A stretch of DNA of 64,000 nucleotides. Source: an uncultured virus (IMG/VR IMGVR_UViG_3300031963_000026) (Duplodnaviria > Heunggongvirae > Uroviricota > Caudoviricetes). Below, piece after piece: positions 37,799-47,814 of this stretch. The stretch is taken from positions 1 through 64,000 of IMG/VR virus record IMGVR_UViG_3300031963_000026. One strand, 5' to 3'. Each line of letters opens with the position of its first letter. Positions within the stretch are counted from its first letter, which is position 1. Both the position numbers and the translations under genes were made by a program. The notes beneath the pieces are model-generated. The model worked only from the letters and a program-made list of their open reading frames with translations, was not told the DNA's origin and searched no databases.

Positions 37799-38572
37799 TT
37801 ATGCGTTAAGTTGTAATGTTTTTGTAGTTTGTATGGTATGGTTCATTAACTTCCGTTTGAATAGCGGTAATAAAGAATTCTCTATCGGTAAGTTTTGTGA
37901 TGATATACATTCAAAAATCGGAAACTTTGAATTTGATATTTGATCAATTAACCTTGAATAATTATCAGATTGATCTCCCTTATAAATTCTTTCAACATCA
38001 CATTTTGTTTCCTCAGTGTCCTGACGAATTTTTTTAATTGAGTATTTCCAAATGTAGTTTTCCTTGTTGAAGATGTCTTGGTAAATGAAGAACCCCGCAC
38101 CAAAATAAATCCGCTCTTCGTTCTTAATCGGATTCGTTGCCACCGATTGATAACCGATCTCCCAAACAGATTTCGCAACAACAAAATATTCTTTCAATCT
38201 ATCAAGTGCTGACATAACACTTAATCTAATGTCCTTATATTCTCTGTCTGTGAATTTTTTTCTGCTTTTGACGTTCTTTATCTCAAACAACATAATCTCA
38301 TCATCAGGTGTCTTAAATGTCTTATCTAAACCCAATAATAACCCATCTTCAACATATGCTCGACAAACAGCCAAATGTAATGCCAATTCTGAAAAATATG
38401 GATATATCTCACCACGACTTAAAGCGTCTTCAACCTTTTTGATGAAAGACATAACGATATATTCATTATATTCAACATCAACCGGCTTTCTTAAAAACCA
38501 ATCTGTCGGCATTAACAATTTTATTTCTTTTTCCATACTCTTCAAAAATAAACATATCATCCATAATGTCAA
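37799..38572 (-). CDS. Conserved hypothetical protein
   Basis: ORF. Confidence 0.75.
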   Translation of the reverse strand: MTLWMICLFLKSMEKEIKLLMPTDWFLRKPVDVEYNEYIVMSFIKKVEDALSRGEIYPYFSELALHLAVCRAYVEDGLLLGLDKTFKTPDDEIMLFEIKNVKSRKKFTDREYKDIRLSVMSALDRLKEYFVVAKSVWEIGYQSVATNPIKNEERIYFGAGFFIYQDIFNKENYIWKYSIKKIRQDTEETKCDVERIYKGDQSDNYSRLIDQISNSKFPIFECISSQNLPIENSLLPLFKRKLMNHTIQTTKTLQLNA

Positions 38573-40374
38573 TTATGTCTGAAAATACTGTAATCTGTAT
38601 CTAAATAAGTTTCCTCATCAACATTACCATCATAACTTGATATAACCCCAACACCATCAGTATCAACAACACCTTTAGCCAATTCATCTATATCAATAAA
38701 ATCATTGAGGTTGTATCCAAACTCACGAATAAATGATAATGGATCATTAACATAATCACTAACCAAATCATCAATTTTTTCGTTAATTAGATCATCGGGA
38801 ATGTCACCATCGGGATCTTCTTTAATCTCATCAATCTCATACTCAAGATCTGAAATTTCACTTTCTAAATCACTTATCTCACTTTCAATCTCATCAATCC
38901 TGTCTTGATTCCAATTCTCATCATCCATATTTTCTAACTCACTCAACTCTTCTTGTAGATTAGTAATCTCATCTTTCTTATCTGAAATCTCATTAGTCTT
39001 GTTTTCAATCGCTATTTCTTGATTTCTAGATAATTCTCTCACATCAGCATCAAAATAACTGTCAAGATCATCATAAACAATCTGTTCATACATCTCTCTT
39101 GCATATTCTTCTACTTTGTCAGTATCAATATAATCCTCTAAAAAAGACTCTCTAAAACCTTCTAGACCAACATCATCTATTAAATCTTTCTGACTTTTAA
39201 TAGCCGCCTCTTCAACCTCACTTGTTAATCCTACCACCCACTCTTCGCCAGTTTCAAAAAGTTCAAAGATTTTTAATCCGTAAAATCCGTAATCCATCGG
39301 AATTAAGCTATAAACATCAAATCTATCCAAATAATCCGACATCGCTTCATCAATTTCATCAATTCTTTCCTCAATCTCCGTTTCCCTTTCTTCACTAACT
39401 CCCGCAGATAGTTCATCAGACAACTCTTCCCTCTCCTCTTTCATCTTATAATACCCAACAATCTCATCTTCACTATGTCCATTCAATTCACCAGTGCTTG
39501 TTAAATGATTATATAACGCCCAAGCATATTCTGCAGTACCATCCTCTTCACCATACGGCCATTCATTTGATTCTCTACGTTCATTAGCCATTTCCAACTT
39601 TCTTCTATTAATGTTTGCAAGTCTCTCTCGATCAAGTCTAGCCAATTCTTCTTCTCTTCTTTTTTTATCTGCAAAAATTTCAAGTTGTTCAGAATATCTT
39701 GATTTAACATACTCATCAATCTTATCTAAAATACCACTCAAATAATCAGTATCTATTAACCAACCTGTCTTGAATTCATCATCAGGTGCGTCAAAAAATT
39801 GACGCTTACCATCAAAACTATAAACATAAGCTACCTTATAGAACTTATCAGATGTCGGTCTCTTTTTATCTAAAAAATAAAATAATTTACCCTCACTATT
39901 ATATTTATCAAAATAATTGGATGAGTCCTTGGAAGCGGTACACCATTTGGTCCCTTTACCATAATAACAAGATGCTTTATGTGTGTATGGTGTGACCACA
40001 GTTAATGTATCGTCATCATAAACCACATCAGACCCTTCAACCGATTCAACAGATCTTCTAACTCTATTTTGATATTCATCCAAAGCATTTAATAAGTCTT
40101 CAACGCTAGTATATTTTTCAATTTCCTTTCTTTCCAAGTTATTAGATACTTCATAAAACCTATTCAACATCACATCTAACTTCTCTAATACACCATCAAA
40201 ATTTGTAGGATCCAAAACATTGCCTAACCACATTAGGTATTTATTATTTCCCGGAAGACCATCCGATAATTTAATAATTTGTTGTAGTTGGTTAGATGAG
40301 AACTTCTTTGAAAACTTATTTGAAAAGTCCTCAACTCGTCCTTCTTGTAATAATTTTATAAATTTCATAAACAA
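38569..40374 (-). CDS. TKWCTA-motif protein with acidic coiled coil
   Basis: ASCYYGKGTKWCTAS; EIESEISDLE heptads. Confidence 0.8.
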   Translation of the reverse strand: MFMKFIKLLQEGRVEDFSNKFSKKFSSNQLQQIIKLSDGLPGNNKYLMWLGNVLDPTNFDGVLEKLDVMLNRFYEVSNNLERKEIEKYTSVEDLLNALDEYQNRVRRSVESVEGSDVVYDDDTLTVVTPYTHKASCYYGKGTKWCTASKDSSNYFDKYNSEGKLFYFLDKKRPTSDKFYKVAYVYSFDGKRQFFDAPDDEFKTGWLIDTDYLSGILDKIDEYVKSRYSEQLEIFADKKRREEELARLDRERLANINRRKLEMANERRESNEWPYGEEDGTAEYAWALYNHLTSTGELNGHSEDEIVGYYKMKEEREELSDELSAGVSEERETEIEERIDEIDEAMSDYLDRFDVYSLIPMDYGFYGLKIFELFETGEEWVVGLTSEVEEAAIKSQKDLIDDVGLEGFRESFLEDYIDTDKVEEYAREMYEQIVYDDLDSYFDADVRELSRNQEIAIENKTNEISDKKDEITNLQEELSELENMDDENWNQDRIDEIESEISDLESEISDLEYEIDEIKEDPDGDIPDDLINEKIDDLVSDYVNDPLSFIREFGYNLNDFIDIDELAKGVVDTDGVGVISSYDGNVDEETYLDTDYSIFRHN

Positions 40375-40479
40375 TATTTTACAATAAATATTTAATAATT
40401 ATTTTAACTCAATTATCTTTCACAAAGATAGTTAAAAACTATTTATTGTAACAAATAAACTCAATTAAATTTTAGAGAT

Positions 40480-40626
40480 ATGGCAGGATGCGGATGTAAA
40501 GGTAATCAACCACCTCAACCACAAAACCCACAACCGGTTCAAACACCGGTTCAACCGCAACAGAGTAATAATACGGTTCAAAATGCTATCAAAAGAACCA
40601 TTCAAAAATACTACTCAAAAGGTTAA
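40480..40626 (+). CDS. Small protein MAGCGCKG...(Q/P-rich)...IQKYY (not in ORF track)
   Basis: 48-aa ORF with TATTTAT upstream and a hairpin terminator downstream. Confidence 0.65.
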   Translation: MAGCGCKGNQPPQPQNPQPVQTPVQPQQSNNTVQNAIKRTIQKYYSKG

Positions 40627-40693
40627 TTTTTATGTTCTAATTTAGAAAGGGAGGTAATTCTCCCTTTTTTTATTTATTAAGTATTTATAATAT

Positions 40694-41698
40694 ATGGATA
40701 TACTCAATTTTGCAATTGAAAGTTTTAACGACGGTAATACTGAGGAAGTTGAAAATTTTTTTGGTTCTATTGAAACTTTTATGAAATTTATTACTAAAAA
40801 AAATAGACTACACGAGCTAAGACCCAACCCTAATGATTTATATGCATCCGACTATAATCAGTTAATGAAATTAATTTTTGATAGTTCAACAACTGAACAA
40901 GAAAAACCATTGGTTGATCATATTATAGATCAATATATAAGTGATGTTGAAAAAATAGACGACAATACTTACAGATTTAGGTTTGATAGAGAAGATCTTT
41001 CAAAGTTGTTTCGGGATTATAGCCGTGGCACATCACCACGAGATGTTGCACAATCAGTATTAAATGAGGATTATTGGGAACCATTTTATGATGTTATAGA
41101 TAGAAATAATATGTATGATCTAATAGAAGATCTAAATGATGATAATATGAATTATGTCATTGGTTACATAGTTAGTAATTATAAAACATTAGATTTATCA
41201 GACATTGAGACAGAATTATCTGAAGAATTAAAAGAAAGATTAGACTCCTCAACAATAACTTTAACACCTGAAATTACAAAAGAAATTTTAGAAGATGAGG
41301 AATTAACTAAGGAACTGTTTAATACCGAATGGCAAGATTTATATTGGGAATTGAGTGGTGCCTATAATCAAGCATATAATGATGCATATACTAATGAGAT
41401 ATACAATGAAGTTATGTCGGAATTAGATAGTTTATTCGGAAAAAGGATTGAGTGGAAGAACGATAATAAGAGATTTGATAGTTATGTTGATTTATCTTAC
41501 AGCACAATATATCAATTTTTATATGATTATTTAGAAGGTGGTGATGATGAAACTTATTACTACCAAGGTAATTTAGAAAGTATCTTAAAAGAATTACACA
41601 ATAATAGTTACGATTGGTTAGATATTATAATACCTGATTATCCAGATTATACAGATATCAAAAATAATTATCAAGAAACAATTCAAGGAAGGATTTAA
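40694..41698 (+). CDS. Acidic hypothetical protein
   Basis: ORF; TATTTATA upstream. Confidence 0.8.
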   Translation: MDILNFAIESFNDGNTEEVENFFGSIETFMKFITKKNRLHELRPNPNDLYASDYNQLMKLIFDSSTTEQEKPLVDHIIDQYISDVEKIDDNTYRFRFDREDLSKLFRDYSRGTSPRDVAQSVLNEDYWEPFYDVIDRNNMYDLIEDLNDDNMNYVIGYIVSNYKTLDLSDIETELSEELKERLDSSTITLTPEITKEILEDEELTKELFNTEWQDLYWELSGAYNQAYNDAYTNEIYNEVMSELDSLFGKRIEWKNDNKRFDSYVDLSYSTIYQFLYDYLEGGDDETYYYQGNLESILKELHNNSYDWLDIIIPDYPDYTDIKNNYQETIQGRI

Positions 41699-41742
41699 TA
41701 TGTGATTTTTTTCTCATATTGTTACATAAAAAATAATAAAAT

Positions 41743-42534
41743 ATGAGATTATATAATCCAAAATCAAAATCAGGAGCACATAATGTTCTCTTAGATTTTA
41801 TCATGCTGAAGGTATCCAAAAATAATAAATTCACAACTCTTTTAGAATTAATAAATGTAGGAAACTTCTTGGTGGTAAAAGGTGAAACAAATAACCCAAC
41901 AAAAGTTTTACTATCTAAAACCTATGATGAGTTCTTAGATTGGTTTCCCGAATACTCAAACATCTTCCCAACAAACTTTATTGATTGTATCAACTATGAC
42001 GCGGATAAGATAGATATCATTTCCCCCTATCTTTGGAATCGTTTCTATAAGACCGAGAGACCTCTATTTTCGGACTTTCAGGTTGACATATGGAATGAGT
42101 ATGACGGACAATCTAAATTCAACTACGTTGACGAAAATTATGTTCATTTGGAATTTGGTTCGATCAAACCTTCTAAATTCACACCACTAACAGTACAATC
42201 AATAAGTCCTTTTGGTTTATCCTTAGATTTACGAGCACCATATTATTATTCAGAGATGGTCGCCAACAATATGATGGAATTTGCAATGGTTAAAGATATG
42301 GAAGTATGTTTAGTTTTATCTGTATTAGACGATTTACCTGAGATAATGATAAAAACCAATTCACCATATTCAAATGATAAACTTTCATCTTGCGCTATGG
42401 ATATATTTGATATATCATTACCAGAATTTATTGAGTTAATTAAAGACCATAATATTATGGACGATTCTCTATTTCCCCTTCATGAGAAAACATGGAACAA
42501 AATAAACAAAAAAAAGGAGTTAGTAATTTTCTAA
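41743..42534 (+). CDS. Degenerate S-adenosylmethionine-synthetase-like protein
   Basis: VVKGET and DLRAPYYYSEMVANN..EV...P..I.T...FD echo MetK N- and C-terminal domains. Confidence 0.4.
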   Translation: MRLYNPKSKSGAHNVLLDFIMLKVSKNNKFTTLLELINVGNFLVVKGETNNPTKVLLSKTYDEFLDWFPEYSNIFPTNFIDCINYDADKIDIISPYLWNRFYKTERPLFSDFQVDIWNEYDGQSKFNYVDENYVHLEFGSIKPSKFTPLTVQSISPFGLSLDLRAPYYYSEMVANNMMEFAMVKDMEVCLVLSVLDDLPEIMIKTNSPYSNDKLSSCAMDIFDISLPEFIELIKDHNIMDDSLFPLHEKTWNKINKKKELVIF

Positions 42535-42545
42535 CTCCTTTTTCT
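42508..42545. terminator. Bidirectional terminator
   Basis: AAAAGGAGTTAG/CTAACTCCTTTT between convergent genes. Confidence 0.75.
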
Positions 42546-42546
42546 T

Positions 42547-42819
42547 TTACAGATTAAAATGTTTTTTGATGATATCAATTCCTTCATCTATTTCGTTATA
42601 ATCTCGTTCAGGTGCAAATACCTTAGCATCGTCTTCACCCATTATGATCATAAATGCCGGAACATAATCATTACCAACTAATTTTTTGAAAATTTCATAT
42701 TCCATTTCATTTTCCTCAATATCAGCATCTACGAATTCAATACCAAGTTCCTTTATCTTATCTTTCATTTCCACACAGAACGGACAACCCTCCATAGTGA
42801 ATACCACCAAATTATCCAT
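42547..42819 (-). CDS. Glutaredoxin-like protein
   Basis: CPFC, YVP. Confidence 0.8.
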   Translation of the reverse strand: MDNLVVFTMEGCPFCVEMKDKIKELGIEFVDADIEENEMEYEIFKKLVGNDYVPAFMIIMGEDDAKVFAPERDYNEIDEGIDIIKKHFNL

Positions 42820-43124
42820 TACATAACCATTTTACCAACGTTTAATAGTTCTTCCCTCTGTAATACCCCACTTTTTGAGAATACCTCACTACCTGACTTA
42901 TAAGCCTTAATTGTCGGTACCCCACGAATACCTAATGTTTTTACAAACTCAATATCATTGTCAATGTTGAATGTATAATAGTTTGTATTTGTGTCCTCTT
43001 TTGATACAGATTCATAAATAGGTTTCAATACCTTACAAGGTCCACACCAAGATGCAAAATAATCAATAACCATTGATTCACCTTCTTGGATTTTTTGTTT
43101 TAACTGATCAGCTGTTAATTCCAT
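42819..43124 (-). CDS. trxA: Thioredoxin
   Basis: FASWCGPCK, GIRGVPT. Confidence 0.9.
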   Translation of the reverse strand: MELTADQLKQKIQEGESMVIDYFASWCGPCKVLKPIYESVSKEDTNTNYYTFNIDNDIEFVKTLGIRGVPTIKAYKSGSEVFSKSGVLQREELLNVGKMVM

Positions 43125-43443
43125 TTTTACTTTTCTTTTTTAATTGATTATGAAAGAATATCATTTCCTCTTTCTGTTCTGATTTATATAGAATGTAAGT
43201 TGAGAAGTCGTAATAGTAAATATAAAGATTGTTCTTCAACAAATAACAAACTTCGTTTATAGTTTCCAACCCATTTATATCCTCAAATGAGTTTTTGAAA
43301 ATTATCGTTGAGGTCTTTTCGAGTTCTTCTGTAGTTACCAAACCACTTCTAATGTTAAAGGTTGAAAAAAGAACGTTGTGTTCCTTTTCCAACCAATTAA
43401 CTAATTTACTATACGAACAATGTTTATCGTATAATTTTTTCAT
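43108..43443 (-). CDS. Hypothetical protein
   Basis: ORF. Confidence 0.65.
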   Translation of the reverse strand: MKKLYDKHCSYSKLVNWLEKEHNVLFSTFNIRSGLVTTEELEKTSTIIFKNSFEDINGLETINEVCYLLKNNLYIYYYDFSTYILYKSEQKEEMIFFHNQLKKKSKNGINS

Positions 43444-43583
43444 CGTCCCTGCCCTCTATACTTTTTACGATAGTTTTTAGAACGTTTGTTCTTTGAAGTC
43501 TTGGTCTTAGCGTGAACACCAGGACGAGAGGTTTTACCATGCCCAACAAAGGTAAAGGCGGATTGAGTTTTTGCTTTTGCCAT
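43440..43583 (-). CDS. Small basic protein ending KKYRGQGR (not in ORF track)
   Basis: 47 aa; promoter at 43614-43643; ATGA overlap downstream. Confidence 0.7.
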   Translation of the reverse strand: MAKAKTQSAFTFVGHGKTSRPGVHAKTKTSKNKRSKNYRKKYRGQGR

Positions 43584-43652
43584 TTTTTTATTTGATTTAA
43601 TAGTTTAACACCTCAAAGATAAAACAAAATTTTTAATTACAAAACATTTTTT

Positions 43653-43904
43653 TTAATTGAGACATGCTAACCCGAATTTTGTTCTAATAAAAGGTCCAAT
43701 CATTGATGTAACGACATCTAACATCTGTTCTCTTGTCATTTCATAATCTTTCCCGTTATCAGAATTGTTATACACCTTGTCCCTTATCTTAGTAAAAAAA
43801 AGGGACTTGTCTAAGTCCCCTATAAGTGTTTTTAATTGTTCGGGATTATTATTGAAAAAATTAAACATATTTTTCAAGTAAATTTCAATATCTACGTTTT
43901 TCAT
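43653..43904 (-). CDS. Hypothetical protein
   Basis: ORF. Confidence 0.7.
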   Translation of the reverse strand: MKNVDIEIYLKNMFNFFNNNPEQLKTLIGDLDKSLFFTKIRDKVYNNSDNGKDYEMTREQMLDVVTSMIGPFIRTKFGLACLN

Positions 43905-43908
43905 ACTG

Positions 43909-45777
43909 TTAATCCATAGCCCACAAAATATCTCCTTCTTCTAATCTAGCCGCGAGTTTAGGCTCTATTGTCATGTTAGGATTACAGTTTCTAAAGACTA
44001 ACGCCATTATTGGTAAATCAGCTAAAAAGTCAGGTGCCACAGTAATATTAGGACAATTAACAAATGTTAGAATTTGTAAGTTTTTTAACTTAGTAACTAT
44101 TTCCGGAACCTCATTCACACAGTTATTTAAAGACAATGCCTTTAAATCATCTAATTTAGCAAAACTTTCAGGAAATACAAGATTAATTGGTGTATTACTA
44201 GTATTAGTAAAATTAAATCTTGTTGTTGATTCAGGTATTAATTTTAAAACATCATCAAAACCATAAAGATCAATAAACTTAGCCATATTATTTTTAGGGT
44301 ATTCCAATGAAAACCCACCAGTTATTTTATTACTGTTTTCATCAAGTTGGGAATAGAACTCGTTTTTTCTCTCTTCTTTTAATCCTTTTAACGCTTGAGT
44401 ATTCAATAACTGAATATCTGCATCAGATAACTCTTTTAATGATTTAGTCTTAAGAGTATCCTTCTTTTTACTAATATAGTAAGATAATACCGATCCACCT
44501 GTTCTTGATATCATACCCGCGGTTAAATCTTGACCCAAAGCAATATACTTCTTCTGTAATTCATCAGGTAAATTACCAAATTGTTCATCACTTAATGTTG
44601 GTGAATTCACTTCCATCCAAATTTCAGCATCCTCATAACTACCCAACTCTTGAACTATGTCATCACCAGACACACTCTTACGTCTATATTTTCTTAAAAT
44701 TTCTTGTTCCTCAGCCGTTAAAGGTTTTGGTCGGAATAAACCTTCAAGTCCATCTAATTTTGGAATTTTACTAACGATTTGAGACCAAGGTATGTTTTGG
44801 TGACCTGAATAAACACCATCATTTGTTCCATCAGCAAGTGCCATGTTTCCTCGAGGATCAACTAAAATAACAACTGCGTAGTTCGCATCAGAAAATGGTT
44901 TATCACCATCAATTACATAATAAATCGTTCTTTCGTAATCTAAACGATAATTGTAATATAAGTTAGAACCACCTTCTCTTGAGATACACCAAGATCTACC
45001 ATTCTTCAATTTAATACAATCCGGTTTTCCTTTTGGAGCATAAATCTCTAAATTAGGGATGTCTGGTTGACCTTCAGCCGGAAATACCATATCAACATCA
45101 AATTTAGACTTTTGTCCTGTATTTACGGGTGCCTTTTTAGCCTCAATAGCATCCACTATACGTTCAATTTCTTGGAACGTTAGATTTTTGATTGGTTTTG
45201 TATCTGCCGGAATCTCAGCGTTATTATCGGCATAACTTGACGCATAAAATTCGATAATATCATCTGAGATATCAGGGAATTTCTTTTTCATCGCAGCAAT
45301 TAATAATCTCAAATAATTAGCATTCAAAAATTCAACTATTTTCAAAAACGTGATCTTACTCAAATTCATTTTTTCTTTTGGAACTTCACCACTAATATCC
45401 ATTAATTGTCTAATCGCTCTTTTAAGTGCAGCATTCTCAACCGGTGGATCCCCCGCCTTTGCGGAATTATCTTTAATTTGAGTGAATAAATCTTTAGAAG
45501 TTTTTTTAGATTCCTTACTTGATAAAATATCCGATAACTCAGCATAAGTTAGTTTGAATAAATCTCTTTTATCAACAGGTAATTGATTTTTATATTTTTC
45601 AAACTCCTCAATTTTAGCAATAATATCATCATCCTTAAGAGAACTATTTTCACCCTTATACTTATCTATTAATTGTTGGAGGACTTTTTGACTAACCTCC
45701 ATAACTAATTTCTTATTTTTTCTTTTTGCGTCTTCAACGATAACCGATGATAAAAGATTAACTAATTTCATAGACAT
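43909..45777 (-). CDS. RSWCIS-motif protein with C-terminal leucine-rich repeats
   Basis: WC motif; LKALSLNN, LKNLQILTF, LADLPIMALVF. Confidence 0.75.
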   Translation of the reverse strand: MSMKLVNLLSSVIVEDAKRKNKKLVMEVSQKVLQQLIDKYKGENSSLKDDDIIAKIEEFEKYKNQLPVDKRDLFKLTYAELSDILSSKESKKTSKDLFTQIKDNSAKAGDPPVENAALKRAIRQLMDISGEVPKEKMNLSKITFLKIVEFLNANYLRLLIAAMKKKFPDISDDIIEFYASSYADNNAEIPADTKPIKNLTFQEIERIVDAIEAKKAPVNTGQKSKFDVDMVFPAEGQPDIPNLEIYAPKGKPDCIKLKNGRSWCISREGGSNLYYNYRLDYERTIYYVIDGDKPFSDANYAVVILVDPRGNMALADGTNDGVYSGHQNIPWSQIVSKIPKLDGLEGLFRPKPLTAEEQEILRKYRRKSVSGDDIVQELGSYEDAEIWMEVNSPTLSDEQFGNLPDELQKKYIALGQDLTAGMISRTGGSVLSYYISKKKDTLKTKSLKELSDADIQLLNTQALKGLKEERKNEFYSQLDENSNKITGGFSLEYPKNNMAKFIDLYGFDDVLKLIPESTTRFNFTNTSNTPINLVFPESFAKLDDLKALSLNNCVNEVPEIVTKLKNLQILTFVNCPNITVAPDFLADLPIMALVFRNCNPNMTIEPKLAARLEEGDILWAMD

Positions 45778-45812
45778 TAATTTTATACTATAAATATACT
45801 GAAAATTTGATT

Positions 45813-46652
45813 TTAATAGTTCATGATCAATAATTCTTCACCCTTGTTCTGTTCTTTACCCTTTTTAGCCGCCGCAGCCTTAACAAACTCTTTTCTCTCC
45901 CACTTATATTGGTCTTCAGGAAACCACTCTCTCAGTAAGTCAAAGTCATAATAAGATAAAGAAAACTTACCTTGGATGTTCTTCAAAACGTTTGCCAATC
46001 TTTCGTGATCATTACGATCAAAATCGTGATTTGAATAATAGTTCTCAGTTTTCCAATATGGTGGATCAACATAAAAATAAGTTTTTTCACTATCATATTT
46101 TTCAATAACAGATTGAAAATCCATATTCTCAAAATGACTAATCTTTAGGAAGTGTTCAACCCAATCAGGTTTACTCAACTTATCACGAAACGTCAAATAC
46201 TTTGATTTGTATTTACCTTTCAAATCAATAAAAGAACTGGTCTCAGGTTTACTTCCGCTAAACACCTGTGTAAGAATATAAGCATACTTCGCCGCAACAC
46301 TATAATCAGGCGATGTTACTTGAAAATCTTTTGAGAACAACTCACTTTGAAACTCATAAAATGCTAATTTATATCTAGGATCCGTGTTTTCCACACCGAA
46401 CTCCTGACACGGAATGGAATTGATCTCCTCTAACAATCTCTCGGGATTTGATAAACAAGTGAACAAATTATAATTCAAAGGATTAAAGTCATTGTAAACG
46501 ACCCTATTCAAATTAGGGAACTCTTTAAGGTCCATATTAAAGAAACACCAAAACATCCCACCGAATGTTTCAACATATGTTTCAATATCTTTAGGGTAGA
46601 ACGGAACAATCCATTTACCAATCTTACTCTTACCTCCAATATAACTTAACAT
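45813..46652 (-). CDS. D12-class (Dam-like) adenine methyltransferase
   Basis: YIGGKS, YVETFGG, VYND, YVDPPY. Confidence 0.88.
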   Translation of the reverse strand: MLSYIGGKSKIGKWIVPFYPKDIETYVETFGGMFWCFFNMDLKEFPNLNRVVYNDFNPLNYNLFTCLSNPERLLEEINSIPCQEFGVENTDPRYKLAFYEFQSELFSKDFQVTSPDYSVAAKYAYILTQVFSGSKPETSSFIDLKGKYKSKYLTFRDKLSKPDWVEHFLKISHFENMDFQSVIEKYDSEKTYFYVDPPYWKTENYYSNHDFDRNDHERLANVLKNIQGKFSLSYYDFDLLREWFPEDQYKWERKEFVKAAAAKKGKEQNKGEELLIMNY

Positions 46653-46699
46653 AAATTACTTTTTATTCAAATATAAGAATAAAAAACGACAAAAGCAAC

Positions 46700-46828
46700 T
46701 TAATAAACAACTTTTTTTCCTTCCTTACGTGAATAAACTTTCTTGGACTTAACCACCTGTTGGCTAGTCTTACGACGAATGATTTGTTTAATATGTCTCA
46801 ATGACAAATCCGGTAATTTATTTTCCAT
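46700..46828 (-). CDS. Small basic protein (VVKSKKVYSRK) (not in ORF track)
   Basis: 42-aa ORF; promoter TTTG-N19-TATCTTTG at 46849-46879. Confidence 0.55.
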   Translation of the reverse strand: MENKLPDLSLRHIKQIIRRKTSQQVVKSKKVYSRKEGKKVVY

Positions 46829-46872
46829 TGCTTTTTCCCTTTAATACGCAAAGATAAGGATATTCTCAGAAT

Positions 46873-47499
46873 TTACAAAAAATTATATCTTAAAACATAA
46901 TCATAATTAACAAATCTGTTTTCAATATCACTGTGAGATGGTGTTTGAGTAGTTAAGTTCTTAATACTCGAGTATGTATTTAATTCGTTTTGAAGTTTTG
47001 CTAAAATTAAATCAACATGATCTTTTTCATTGGTTATCTTATCATAAATGATACCAAAATTTTTAGTTGAGAATCCTATACAGTGTGTTGTAACGGTGCT
47101 ATATGTTCTAATAACGTGACTATTTATTTTTTCAAATCGGTGTTCTGGTTTAGAAAAATGGTTACCCCCAAAATAAATCAAATCATAATCTGAAGGTATT
47201 TCTCTTAAATAGATTTCAACTTCCTCCTGAAAGTTGTCATTAAACTCACAATCATCTTCAATTAACAAAAAATTATTACATCCACTGTTTTTAATAATAT
47301 TAAATATTTTTATATATGTTTGTCTTAATCCTTCCCAACCTGTTTGACCTATACTATATCCATCAACCGCGGTAAATATTTCATATTTTGATAGATTAAT
47401 TCTATCTAAATTACTAATAACTTTTTCTAATCTATCTGGTCTTCTTTCAAGATTGATTATAAAAATTTTATCAAAAAAACTATCAATCATTTGTAACAA
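46873..47499 (-). CDS. Glycosyltransferase family 25-like
   Basis: INLERRPDR, AVDG, LIEDD, DLIYFG. Confidence 0.82.
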   Translation of the reverse strand: MLQMIDSFFDKIFIINLERRPDRLEKVISNLDRINLSKYEIFTAVDGYSIGQTGWEGLRQTYIKIFNIIKNSGCNNFLLIEDDCEFNDNFQEEVEIYLREIPSDYDLIYFGGNHFSKPEHRFEKINSHVIRTYSTVTTHCIGFSTKNFGIIYDKITNEKDHVDLILAKLQNELNTYSSIKNLTTQTPSHSDIENRFVNYDYVLRYNFL

Positions 47500-47648
47500 T
47501 TTTTATACGGACGACAACTTGCCTTCTGACTAAAACCCATCTTATTACAAGGTGTGCTCTTACAATAAGATTTACTCATCTTACGAGGTTTTTTAAATTC
47601 TTTTTCCTCTATATATTTTTTCAGAACTTCTTTTATAATTTCTTTCAT
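47487..47648 (-). CDS. Small Cys-containing protein with leader-like start
   Basis: MKEIIKEVLKKYIEE; C..TPC..MGFSQKASC. Confidence 0.6.
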   Translation of the reverse strand: MKEIIKEVLKKYIEEKEFKKPRKMSKSYCKSTPCNKMGFSQKASCRPYKNCYK

Positions 47649-47664
47649 ACTAATAAATATTAAT

Positions 47665-47814
47665 ATGGAAACGAAAAAAACTTGTACCACTTGTAAGCAA
47701 AAAGGCGGATACACAAAACAAAACAAAATATTCCTATGGTCAGGATTTTTTATGTTGTTAATCTTAGGTTACGGTCTTTACTCATTGGTAACTGATATCA
47801 TATCTCTCTTTTGA
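47665..47814 (+). CDS. Small membrane protein with CxxC (not in ORF track)
   Basis: METKKTCTTCKQK plus one TM helix. Confidence 0.5.
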   Translation: METKKTCTTCKQKGGYTKQNKIFLWSGFFMLLILGYGLYSLVTDIISLF

